Origin: Mobula hypostoma
Taxonomy: Eukaryota
Direction of reading: 5' to 3'
Assembly (NCBI RefSeq): GCF_963921235.1
Contig: NC_086097.1
Span: 172,858,001 to 172,922,000 of the forward strand
DNA: 64,000 nt
Shown: positions 26,200 to 37,744 of the stretch, piece by piece
How positions within the stretch are numbered: the first letter of the stretch is position 1
Layout: every line of letters begins with the position of its first letter
Notes under the pieces: generated by a model
The model's input: the letters and a program-made list of their open reading frames with translations, nothing else
Told to the model about the DNA's origin: nothing
Databases searched by the model: none
Program-made: the position numbers and the translations under genes

Positions 26200-27250
26200 A
26201 TCTCTGAAGTGTTACTTATATGGAATGTAATTGGCAAGAGGAATGTATGTATCGGTGCCATACGGACATATGTGTTGGGCAAGACACTGTGCATCATAAG
26301 AACAGCGCACAACCAACCCAATGCCAATTCTGGAGATTCCTTCTCTGGCCTAGACTGGATGAGTGGGATCATAATAGCAAGGACATTAGGCCCATTGAGC
26401 TAGTTCTGGATTTAGTGCAATCGATCCAGTTGCATGCACTGGCTTTCTCTTCTTGGTCCTGTATTTTTGTACCTCTTTGGATTCTTTGCCAACCACTTTA
26501 AATCTGTGTGGTAATCAAGTGATCCAAGGTTGGAGACAGGATGGGGACAAAATCAACTGACCATAATTTTGCACAACCGTGAAGCCCATCCAGCACATGA
26601 CTTCCTCTATCAACTTCTCACCACCTTTGTTTCAAATCAACAGAGGTTCTTCAACAGATACTTTCGTTGAAACTTGCTGGCAATATTTCAAGTTATTGAG
26701 ACTATTAATTAGTATGACATACTATGACCAACCGAAGGACTAACGACTGTGCAGAGTCCAAAACATTGATACAGTGACAGGGTCAAGTACGGTGTCACAT
26801 AACTCTGTCAATACGGACAACAGAAAGAGCCGGAAGTATAGCTGTTCAGTTTGGAGGAGGTGGATCAAGGTTTGTGAGGCAGTGAGATCAAGTCATGGAC
26901 CAAACTTGAAGGGAAATTGGCTCAATAGGTAAAGGAAAAAAAGATGGGAAATGGTCAAAGGGCAGGGTTCATTAGCTGGGACAGAATAGTCCACATCTGA
27001 AGGATTGTGTGCAGTTCTGGTGTCCTATTACAGGAAGAATGTGGAAGTTTCAGAAAGATTGCAGAAGAGATTAACCAGGATGTTGCATGGATTAGAAAGT
27101 ATTAATTATAAGGAGTGGTTGGACAAAAATTGTTTTCCCTGGAGTGCCAGAGGCTGAGAGAAGATGTTAAAGGAGTTTATAAAATTATAAGAGGAAGAGA
27201 GTAAGTAGTTTGAATTTCTCAGGGTAGAAGTGTCAAGTACTGGAGGGCAC

Positions 27251-27471
27251 CACACATAAAATGCTGGAGGAACTCAGCGGGCCAGGCAGCACCCATGAAA
27301 AAGAGTAAACAGTCAATGTTTCGGACTGAAATATGGAAGTCCTGATGAAAGGGCTCGGCCCGAAATGTTGACTGTTTGCTCTTTTCCATAGATGCTGCCT
27401 GGCCTGCTGAGTTCCTCCAGTATTTTGCGTGTATTTATCTTGCTTTTCAGCATCTGCAGACTTTTTCGTGG
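27251..27471 (+). mobile_element. Short Penelope-derived fold-back insertion with hammerhead motif, inside a CR1 fragment (about 26990-27700)
   Basis: 16-bp TSD AAGTACTGGAGGGCAC (27235-27250) / AAGTACTAGAGGGCAC (27472-27487). The inverted arm 27251-27330 is complementary to about 27355-27432. PLE-type tail CAGCATCTGCAGA. Confidence 0.85.
27338..27373 (+). ncRNA. Minimal type I hammerhead ribozyme motif (Penelope-associated, slightly decayed)
   Basis: AGTC-CTGATGA-AA-GGGC(TCG)GCCC-GAAA-TGTT-GACT. Helix I is AGTC/GACT, followed by core CUGAUGA, helix II, GAAA and the NUH triplet GUU. Confidence 0.6.
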
Positions 27472-27842
27472 AAGTACTAGAGGGCACAGCTTTAAGGTGA
27501 GAGGAAGGAAAATTAAAGGAGATGTCCAAAATGTGTTGCCGGGGTGCTGGTGGAAGCAAATATGATCAAAGCATTTAAGAAGCTTTTAAACAGGCACATG
27601 AATGTACAGGAGTATGAACTACATGCAAGCAAGGGATTAGTTTAATTTGTCTTCGTAGTCAGCAGAGACATTGTGGGCTGAATGACCCATTACTGTTCAG
27701 TGCTCCACATCCCAAAGAGCAGGAGGTGATTCTGTATTTCACTGCTAAGGGCAGTGTAATGGACAATTAATGGAAATGCTTTTTAAATGCCCTTGATTGG
27801 GGAGCCAGCAAGCAGCGAGTTCCAGATGAGCTCAATGCCTTC

Positions 27843-28972
27843 TAGTCGTATTCATAGTCATACTTTATTGATCCTGGGGGAAATTGGTTTTCGTTACAGT
27901 TGCACCATAAATAGTTAAATAGTAATATGTAAATTATGCCAGGAAATAAGTCCAGGACCAGCCTATTGGCTCAGCGTGTCTGACCCGCCAAGGAAGGAGT
28001 TGTAAAGTTTGATGGCCACAGGCAAGAATGACTTCCTATGATGCTCTGTGTTGCATCCCGGTGGAAGGAGTCTCTGGCTGAATGTACTCCTGTGCCCAAC
28101 CAGTACATTATGTAGTGGATGGGAGACATTGTCCAAGATGGCGTGCAACTTAGACAGCATCCTCTTTTCAGACACCACCGTGAGAGAGTCCAGTTCCATC
28201 CCCACAACATCACTGGCCTTACAAATGAGTTTGTTGATTCTGTTGATGTCTGCTACCCTCAGCCTGCTGCCCCAGCACACAACAGCAAACATGATAGCAC
28301 TGGCCACCACAGACTCGTAGAACATCCTCAGCATCGTCCGGCAGATGTTAAAGGACCTCAGTCTCCTCAGGAAATAGAGACGGCTTTGACCCTTCTTGTA
28401 GACAGCCTCAGTGTTCTTTGACCAGTCCAGTTTATTATAGTCAATTCGTATCCCCAGGTATTTGTGATCTTCCACCATGTCCACACTGACCCCCTGGATG
28501 GAAACAGGGGTCGCCGGTACCTTAGCTCTCCTCAGATCTACCACCAGCTCCTTAGTCTTTTTCACATTAAGCTGCAGATAATTCTGCTCACACCATGTGA
28601 CAAAGTTTCCTACCGTAGCCCTGTACTCAGCCTCATCTTCCTTGCTGATGCATCCAACTATGGCAGAGTCATCCGAAAACTTCTGAAGATGACAAGACTC
28701 TGTGCAGTAGTTGAAGTCCGAGGTGTAAATGGTGAAGAGAAAGGGAGACAAGACAGTCCCCTGTGGAGCCCCAGTGCTGCTGATCACTCTGTCAGACACA
28801 CAGTGTTGCAAGCACACGTACTGTGGTCTGCCAGTCAGGTAATCAAAGAATCCATGACACCAGGAAAGCATCCACCTGCATCGCTGTCAGCTTCTCCCCC
28901 AGCAGAGCAAGGCAGATGGTGAACACACTGGAGAAGTCAAAAAACATGACCCTCACAGTGCTCGCTGGCTTG
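27843..28972 (-). mobile_element. Rex1/Babar LINE, young 5'-truncated copy
   Basis: ORF 27963..28871 (302 aa): STGAPQGTVLSPFLFTIYTSD, QKFSDDSAIVG, KKGQSRLYFLRRLRSF. Near-identical to 43938-45234. Confidence 0.92.
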
Positions 28973-30560
28973 TACGCTCGCTTTGACTGTCAGAACATGT
29001 CTGAAGCTGATGTGCGAACAGCCTTCAGGAGTGTGAATCCACAAAAAGCATCCATCGCAGATGAGGTAACTACTAAAGACCTATGCTGATCAACTGGTTT
29101 GAGTGTCCACTGAGATCTCTAGCCACTCGCTTCAGCAGTGCATGGTAACCACCTGCGTCAAGCAGGCTTCAGTTATACCGGGGCCCAAGAAGAAAGTGGT
29201 GACCTGCCTCGAGGACTATCACTCAGTCGCACTTACATCCTTGGTGATGAAGTGTTTTGACAGGCTAGTGATGAAACATATCAACTCCTGTGACTTTGTT
29301 CCAGTAGGCAAATTGGAATGGATCCAAGGTCCACAGTAAATGCCATCTCACTGGCTCTTCACTCAACCCTGGAACATCTGAACAACAAAGAGGCACACAT
29401 CAGGCATTCAATACCATCTTCCCCTCAAAACTAATCATTAAGCTTCAAGACCTTGGCCTCAATACCTCCTTGTGCAACTGGATCCTTGAAATCCTCACTT
29501 GTAGACATCAGTCGGTTCTGATTGGCAACATCTCCTCCACAGTTTCCATCAGATAGGTGCACACAAGGTTGTGTGCTTAGCTCCCTGTTCTACTCACTTT
29601 ACACTTATGACTCTGCAGCTAAGCACAGCTTCAATGTCATATTTAAGTTTGCTGATGACACCACTCTCGTAGCCTGAAATAAAGGTGGTGACAAGTTAGC
29701 ATATAGGAGGGAGATTGAAAATCTGGCTGAGAGGTGACACAACAACAACCTCTTACTCAATATCAGCAAGACCAAAGAGCTGATTATTGAGGTAGAAACC
29801 AGAGGTACATGAAGTATCAGAGGAGGAGGGGGGGTCAGCAACTTTAATTGCTCGTGTTAGCATTAGAGAGACCCTGTCCTTAGACATTTGTGAAGATTCA
29901 GCACGACATCTAAAACTTTAACAAATTTCTGTAGACGTGTAGCGGAGGGTATATTGACTGGCTGCATCATAGCCTGGTATGGAAACACCAATGCCCTTGA
30001 ACAGAAAATCCTACCAAAAATAGTGGATACAGTCCAGTATATCACGGATAAAGCCCTCCCATCATTGTGCACATCTACACGAAGCATTGTCGTAGAAAAG
30101 CAACATCCATCATCAGTGACCCCCACCAATCAGGCCATACTATCTTCTTGCTGCTGCTATCAAGGAGAAGGTACAGGAGCCTCAGGACTCTCACCACCAG
30201 GTTCAGGAACAGTTATTACCCCTCAACGTTCAGGCTCTTGACCCAAAGGGGATAACTTCACTTGCCCCATCATTGAAATGTTCCTAAAACCAATGGATGC
30301 ACTTTCAAAGATTCTTCATCTCATGTTCTAGATATTTATTGCTTATTTATTATTATTTCTTGCTTTTTGTACTTGGACAGCTTGTTGTATTTTCCACACT
30401 AGTTGAACACCCAAGTTGATGCGGTCTTTCACTGACTCTATTACGGTTATTATTCTATTATGGATTTATTGAGTATGCCCGCTAGAAAATGAATCTCCGT
30501 GTTGCATATGGTGACATACATGTACTTTGATGATACATTTTCTTTTAGCTTTGAACTTGA
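28973..30560 (+). mobile_element. Older Rex1/Babar LINE
   Basis: YARFDCQNMSEADVRTAFRSVNP, VALTSLVMKCFDRLV, KFADDTTLV, LTGCIIAWYGN, RFRNSYYP. 3' tail TTTGAACTTGA. Confidence 0.85.
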
Positions 30561-30741
30561 ATTTTGAGTGCTCAGATAAGGGATCCTTAAACTTTTGCAG
30601 CAAGTTTTGAAGCTCGAGCATTGAGTTCCTCTCCCACTCCACTGCCAGCCACCACAAACGCCACTGCATCTCCATCCAGCCAAACTTCTCCTCCAACCAA
30701 TCAAACAAATACATGTATGCAATTCAATTCTCACTTTAAAA

Positions 30742-30747
30742 TTTATT
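30742..30747 (-). promoter_or_regulatory. Candidate polyadenylation signal (AATAAA) of VPS13B
   Basis: TTTATT on + strand about 390 nt past the stop. On the minus strand it is followed by a GT/T-rich stretch (TGTATTTGTTTGATTGGTTGG). A repeat begins shortly beyond. Confidence 0.45.
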
Positions 30748-31137
30748 TATCTTAAATATTTTCAGTTATATTACCAATTCTTTTTGCTGAAATGAGTATT
30801 GGAGAATAATAAAACCTAACAGGTGACAGCAGCTGGCAGAATTACCTCAGTGTTCCAGGGTATCAAAAGGTACCAGGGTATTAATAGCATCAGTGGCCAC
30901 ACCCTTTCCATTAATCATAGTATTTACATATTTGATTAACTGGACTTCTTATCAAGATAGGCAAATTAACTAAATTCCCATAAATAAACTGACCCAGATC
31001 ACACATTTAATTAAAGATTCTTATGAATGAATTCTGGTGCACTTAACTGAATCTAGCTAAGAACATTAAATCAGATAGAGGTCAGCATTTTGCATTGCTT
31101 GAAAATAATTATCTTTGACTTCGCCACCGATGTGGGG

Positions 31138-31386
31138 CTAGTGAAATCCCTTTCGCAGTGCCTTGTTTTTCACCATAGCAAACTTGCTCACAAATACACT
31201 TCCAAAGTGCTGATCGACCAGATATTGGTAAATTTTGGTCTTGACAGCTGGAGGATCAGCCACAACCACCTGGGCAGCCTGCTGCATGGCTGCACTGCTG
31301 GGAATGATGAAATGCGACGTCCTTGTGACATAGTCCACCAGTCGCTCATACTGCTGCTCAGAAAGCCTCTCTCGGATACCATCCCC
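31138..31386 (-). CDS. VPS13B: VPS13B terminal coding exon with stop codon
   Basis: GDGIRERLSEQQYERLVDYVTRTS…YLVDQHFGSVFVSKFAMVKNKALRKGFH*, matching the VPS13B C-terminus (…MVKNKALRKGFP). TAG acceptor at 31388-31387, TAG stop at 31140-31138. Confidence 0.96.
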   Translation of the reverse strand, partial: GDGIRERLSEQQYERLVDYVTRTSHFIIPSSAAMQQAAQVVVADPPAVKTKIYQYLVDQHFGSVFVSKFAMVKNKALRKGFH

Positions 31387-31712
31387 CTATTCAAGAGAAA
31401 ACAAAATTAATTGGCCAATAAAACATGATCAGTGGGTAGAATAACACAGCATAGAAATTTCTCCTTCAGCCCTCAGAATCTGCTCTGACCATCAAGCACC
31501 CACTTACACTAAGCTAGAAGCCTGAAGGCTCAAGAATAGATAACTCCCTTTGACCATTTGGTTCTTGAACCAACTTGCACAACCCTAATCCTTACCTCAG
31601 TACAGCAACACGATGACCACTTTTGCCCCATCATGGACTTCGTTCTAATTGTGTTCATTTTCATTTAGTTTTTTTACAATTATGTTGGCAAATTAAGCTT
31701 TTCTATCAATAT

Positions 31713-31845
31713 TGTGGGAGGAAACCACAGCACCAGGAGAGAACCAATGTGGTCACAAGGAGAATGTGTGAAGATCACAGTTAGCACTGGAGGTCAGTAT
31801 TGAACTATGAGGAAACAGCTCTGCTAGCTGTGTTACTGTGGCACC
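31713..31845 (-). mobile_element. tRNA-derived SINE fragment (V-SINE/HE1-like)
   Basis: TGTGGGAGGAAACC…CACAAGGAGAATGTG…GAGGTCAGTATTGAAC is the antisense of the V-SINE core and B-box region. Confidence 0.55.
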
Positions 31846-32469
31846 TCTCATACAGTACATTGGTCTATTGAAAATGCAAACTAAATCAATACTGCCCATA
31901 CCACACCTTTAACCAGAGGCAAGAGCCAAAATGTCCTGCATTAAAGTACTAACTCAGCATGGTCAGTGGCCTCAGTTACCTTCCCCTGGCCTTACAATTC
32001 TGCAGTGGGTTTTTCAGATCCTACAGACTGAAATAAGTGAATTCAGGGGTGAATAAATACAGTAGAATATCCATTCTCTTGATGAGGATTTGGCTTCATT
32101 TTTGTAACACTGATTTGATGTTTTACCATTATTCACGCTCAGCAATATTTAGGATGCCTGCCTGAGAAACAACAATATTCCAAAGGTGAGCATGCTAAAT
32201 CCTGAGGGTGGCAGGGTTTAGGATGTGAATACAGTCTAACAGTCAGAAAACAATGATACCGATCTGCACTGTCCACTCAGAGCAAACTGCTCAGCAAGTG
32301 GCCTTTGGACTAATCAAACAGCTTCTGACAGCTCTTCAGTTGTCTGCGTATCTCCAATCATCAGAGGCATATACAGCAGAAACTTATTAAAAAGCATACT
32401 TAAAGTAATAAAATATTCAATTATAAATACATAAAGCTACTGTAATTTAATTAGCAACATCAAAAACTG

Positions 32470-32870
32470 AGTAGACAGAGACTGTTTTCCCTGGAGTGAA
32501 GGAGGCTGAGGGGTGACCTTATCTAGATTTATAAAATCATGAGGGTCATAGATGAGATCATTGGTCACAGACCTTTTCCCCAGGGTAAGGAAGCCTAAGA
32601 ATGGAGGGCGTAGGTTTAAGGAGAATGGGGAAAGATTTAAAGGAGACTTGAGAGGCAACAAATTTTTCCTCACAGACAGTGATATGTATGTGAAACAAGC
32701 TGCAAAAGGAGGGGTACAGGCAACTATAATTACAAAGGTTAAAACTCAATCAGATAGCAACATGCACAGGAAAGATTTTGAGAGGAATATGGGCCAAATC
32801 CAAGCAAATGTTAGTAGCTATAGTAGACATGAACAAAATGGGTCAAAGGATATTTTTCATTCTGTATAAT
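32470..32870 (+). mobile_element. Old CR1 3' fragment
   Basis: AGGCTGAGGGGTGACCTTAT (RLRGDL) and LFPRV..RFKGDLRGNKFF in ORF 32552..32869. Confidence 0.75.
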
Positions 32871-33149
32871 GCTCTGCCTCTCGAGCAAACTAAATGAACA
32901 AAACCAATGAATTTCCCTGTGCTGACCTGTTGAAAGGGTATAACTGGTGGCCAAAGAGAAAAATGATTAGGCCTAAAATGATCCCATCCCTCATTAGTTA
33001 CAAAATTATAAATACTAAAGTACTAATACTAGAAATGGAATTTCAATGTTGCCTTCTCCTGAAGCTCTTCATTTAACCTGTTCACTACAACATTTTACTC
33101 TTTGATCCTTGTGTGTATATCTAATTTCTCTTTCAAAGCATGGAAGCAA

Positions 33150-33667
33150 CCAATGCTTGTGGTAACAGATTCAGCAATGCCCTTGGATGGAAAATCTTAC
33201 AAAAGGTAGTGGATTTGGCCCAGTACACAATGGGTAAAGCCCTCCCAACCACTAAGCACACCTGCATGAAACACTGTTGTGGGAAAGCAGCATCCATCAT
33301 CAGAATCCTCACCACCCAAGCCATTCTCTCCCTTTGCTACTGCCATCAGGTAAAAGCACAAGTGTCACAGGACTTGCATCACCAGGTTCTAGAACTGTTA
33401 CTACCCCTCAAACATCAGGCTCTTGGAATAAAAGGGGATAACTAGACTCACTTGCCCCATCAGTGAAATATATCCACAGCAATGATCCCACTTTAAGGAC
33501 TCTTTATGTTATTATCTCACATTCTTGTTATTTATTGCTATTTATTTATATTTGCACATTTTGTTGTCTTCTGCACCCTGGTTGATCTTTCATTGATCCT
33601 GTTATAGTTGCTACTCAATAGATTTGCCCACAACAAAATGAATCTCAGAATTGTATATGGCGAAATA
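33150..33667 (+). mobile_element. Rex1/Babar 3' fragment, interrupted by the Tc1 element; tail resumes at 37283-37320
   Basis: NALGWKILQKVVDLAQY..KAASII. The 3' UTR is collinear with 30250-30560, and GATAATAAAATTTACTTTGAACTTT follows the Tc1. Confidence 0.8.
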
Positions 33668-36600
33668 CAGTGCCCATAAAAAGTATTCACCCCCTCCCCC
33701 TTAGAATTTTTCTTGTTTTATTGTTTTACAACATTGAATCACAGTGGATTTAATTAGGCCTTTTTGACAAAGATCAACAGAAAAGGACTCTTCCATGTCA
33801 AAGTGAAAACAGATCTCTCTAAAGTGATCTAAATTAATTACAAATATAAAACACAACATAATTGATTGCATAAGTTTTCACCCCCTTCAATTGAGCATTT
33901 GGTAGATGTATCATTGGCCGAATTGGTCTTGAGTTTGTGTGGATAAGTCTCTATCAGCTTTGTACATCTGAACACTGCAATTTTTCTCCATTCTTCTTTA
34001 TAAAGCTACTCAAGCTCTGTCAGATTGCATGGGGATCCTGAGTGAAGAGCCATTTTCAGGCCCAGCCACAAAATCTCAGTTGGACTGAGGTCCGCTTTAA
34101 TATGACACACCAAATCATCTCAGGTACAACCAACTGGTTTTAGAAGTCACATAATCAGTTAAATGGAGATCTGTTTTGGAGATCTGTGTGCAGTCAAGGT
34201 GTTTCAATTGATTGTAGTAAAAATACACCTTTATCTGGAATGTCCAACTGTTGGTGAGTCAGTATCCTGGCAAAACCTACACCATGAAGACCACAGAACA
34301 CTCCAAGTAACTCTGCAGAAAGGTTATTGAAAAGCACAATCCAGGAGATGGATACTTACAGACAGAAACAGGTGAATTGATTATGGGGAACAAGGACATG
34401 GCAGACCAATTGAATAACTACTTTGGTTCTGTCTTCACTAAGGAGGACATAAATAATCTTCCAGAAATAGTAGGGGACAGAGGGTCCAGTGAGATGGAGG
34501 AACTGAGGGAAATACATGTTAGTAGGGAAGTGGTGTTAGGTAAATTGAAGGGATTAAAGGCAGATAAATCCCCAGGGCCAGATGGTCTGTATCCCAGAGT
34601 GCTTAAGGAAGTAGCCCAAGAAACAGTGGATGCATTAGTGATAATTTTTCAAAACTCGTTAGATTCTGGACTAGTTCCTGAGGATTGGAGGGTGGCTAAT
34701 GTAACCCCACTTTTTAAAAAAGGAGGGAGGGAGAGAGAAACCGGGGAATTATAGCCTGACATCGGTGGTGGGGAAAATGCTAGAGTCAGTTATCAAATGT
34801 GTGATAACAGCACATTTGGAAAGCGGTGAAATCATCGGACAAAGTCAGCATGGATTTGTGAAAGGAAAGTCATGTCTGACGAATCTCATAGAATTTTTTG
34901 AGGATGTAACTAGTAGAGTGGATAGGGGAGAACCAGTGGATGTGGTATATTTGGATTTTCAAAAAGCTTTTTGACAAGGTCCCACACAGGAGATTAGTGT
35001 GCAAACTTAAAGCACATGGTATTGGGGGTATGGTATTGATGTAGATAGAGAATTGGTTGGCAGGCAGGAAGCAAAGAGTGGGAATAAATGGGATCTTTTC
35101 AGAATGGCAGGCAGTGACTAGTGGGATACCGCAAGGCTCAGTGCTGGGACCCCAGTTATTTACAATATATATTAATGACTTAGATGAGGGAATTAAATGC
35201 AGCATCTCCAAGTTTGCGGATGACACGAAGCTGGGCGGCAGTGTTAGCTGTGAGGAGGATGCTAAGAGGATGCAGGGTGACTTGGATAGGTTAGGTGAGT
35301 GGGCAAATTCATGGCAGATGCAATTTAATGTGGATAAATGTGAGGTTATCCACTTTGGTGGCAAGAACAGGAAAACAGATTATTATCTGAATGGTGGCCG
35401 ATTAGGAAAAGGGGAGGTGCAACGAGACCCGGGTGTGATTATACACCAGTCATTGAAAGTGGGCATGCAGATTCAGCAGGCGGTGAAAAAGGCGAATGGT
35501 ATGCTGGCATTCATAGCAAGAGGATTCGAGTACAGGAGCAGGGAGGTACTACTGCAGTTGTACAAGGCCTTGGTGAGACCACACCTGGAGTATTGTGTGC
35601 AGTTTTGGTCCCCTAATCTGAGGAAAGACATCCTTGCCATAGAGGGAGTACAAAGAAGGTTCACCAGATTGATTCCTGGGATGGCAGGACTTTCATATGA
35701 TGAAAGACTGGATCGACTAGGCTTGTACTCTCTGGAATTTAGAAGATTGAGGGGGGATCTTATTGAAACGTATAAAATCCTAAAGGGATTGGACAGGCTA
35801 GATGCAGGAAGATTGTTCCCGATGTTGGGGAAGTCCAGAACGAGAGGTCACAGTTTGAGGATAAAGGGGAAGCCTTTTAGGACTGAGATTAGGAAAAACT
35901 TCTTCACACAGAGAGTGGTGAATCTGTGGAATTCTCTGCCACAGGAAACAGTTGAGGCCAGTTCACTGGCTATATTTAAGAGGGAGTTAGATATGGCCCT
36001 TGTGGCTAAAGGGATCAGGGGGTATGGAGAGAGGGCAGGTACAGGCTTCTGAGTTGGATGATCAGCCATGATCATACTGAATGGCGGTGCAGGCTCGAAG
36101 GGCCGAATGGCCTACTCCTGCACCTATTTTCTATGTTTCTATGGATACAAGAAAATTTCCAAGACACTGAATATCTCTTGGGGTACAGTTAAGTCAATCA
36201 TCAAGAAATGGAAAGAATATGGCATAGCTGTAAATCTGCCTAGATCAGGCTATCCTCAAAAACTGAGTGACGTTGCAACAAGGGGGCTAGTGAGGGAGGC
36301 CACCAATAGAATTATGACAACTCTGGAGGGGTTACAAGCTTCAGTGGCTGAGATGGGAGAGTCTGTATACAACAACTGTTACTTGGGCACTTCACCAGTT
36401 GCAGCTTTATGGAAGAGTGGCAAAAAGAAAGCCACTGTTGAAAAAAAAACTCAGATGAAATCTCAGCTAGGGTTTGCCAGAAGACATGTGGAGGATTCTA
36501 AAGTCAGGAGGAAGAAGGCTGTATGATCTGATGAAACCAATATGGAGCTTTTTGGCCATCAGACTAAACACGTTGTTTGGTGCAAGCCAAGCACTGTGCA

Positions 36601-37282
36601 TCACCAAATATACATCATCCCTACCATGAAGCATGATGGTGGCTGCATCATGCTGTGGGGATGCTTCGCTGCAGCAGGCCCTGGAAGGCTTGTGAAGGTG
36701 GAGGGTAAAATGAATGCAGAAAAGTACAGGGAAATTCTGGAGGAAAACTTGATGCAGTCTGCAAGAGAGCTTTGACTTGGGAGATTTGTTTTCCAGTAAG
36801 ACAATGACCCTAAGCATAAAGCCAAAGCTACACAGGAACGGCTTAAAAACAACAAAGTTAAGGTCCTAGAGTGGCCAAGTCAGATTCCAGACCTCAATCA
36901 AACTGAGAATTTGTGGTTGGACTTGAAAAGGCCTGTTCACTCACAATCCTCATGCAATATGCTAGAGCTTGAGCAGTTTTGTAAAGAAGAATGGGGAAAA
37001 ATTGCAGTGTCAGATGTGCAAAGCTGATAAGAAACTTATCCACACAGAATCAAGACTGTAACTTCGGCCAATCATACATCTTCTAAATACTGACTTGAAA
37101 AGGTGAATACTTATGCAATCAATAATTGTGCTTTATATTTGTAATTAATTTGTATCACTTTGACACACAAGTCTTTTTCGTTGATCAATATCAAAAAAGC
37201 CAAATTAAATCCACTGTGATTTAATGTAAAACAATAAAACACAAAAACTTCCAAGGGGGGTGAATACTTTTTATAGGCATTG
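33668..37282 (+). mobile_element. Tc1/mariner transposon (Passport-like, IR/DR type), full-length but decayed, carrying a CR1 insertion
   Basis: TA|CAGTGCCCATAAAAAGTATTCACCCC … GGGGTGAATACTTTTTATAGGCATTG|TA. Transposase from ATG at 34283: MKTTEHSK…GDGY/KKISKTLNISWGTVKSIIKKWKEYG, SDETNMELFG, KHDGGCIMLWGCF, QDNDPKH-like, WPSQIPDLN, ending SKY* near 37092. Several stops. Confidence 0.95.
34356..36140 (+). mobile_element. Young 5'-truncated CR1 LINE inside the Tc1 transposase
   Basis: 8-bp TSD ATGGATAC (34348-34355 and 36141-36148). ORF 35057..36052 is an open 331-aa RT C-terminus. TTTCTATGTTTCT tail. Confidence 0.95.
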
Positions 37283-37744
37283 TATATATAATTTGATAAT
37301 AAAATTTACTTTGAACTTTCAGGGTTAAGGATTTTCTGATTTCTGTACTGGAATTGGTAGTGATTACCCTTGAATCCTTGGCTCCTCAGCAAGGATTAGT
37401 CTCCCAATTTGATACCATCTTTTCTCCACTGCACAGAAACTTAAGTTGACTTCATGAGCAATGTTCAATCATGTGGGATAATTAATGGAACCAGCAAATT
37501 AAAAGCAATGTTAGCAGCACAACTATTCAATGTTGGGTAAGATACATGAATGATCATAATTTTAACCTAGTTTAATTTCAATAAGGGACTCAGTAGATTT
37601 ACTGTATTACTTACAAAAGGGAATGATGGCACAGAGGTTAAATTATTGGACTAGTAAATCATAGGCCTGAACTAATGATCCAGGGGTATAAGTTGAAATC
37701 CCAGCATGGCTATTGGGACATTTACAGGAAAATCTTTTCAGTTG

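Noticed and set aside
37628..37712. tRNA-like A/B-box sequence
   Set aside because: It does not form a cloverleaf and is consistent with a decayed tRNA-derived SINE head, not a tRNA gene.
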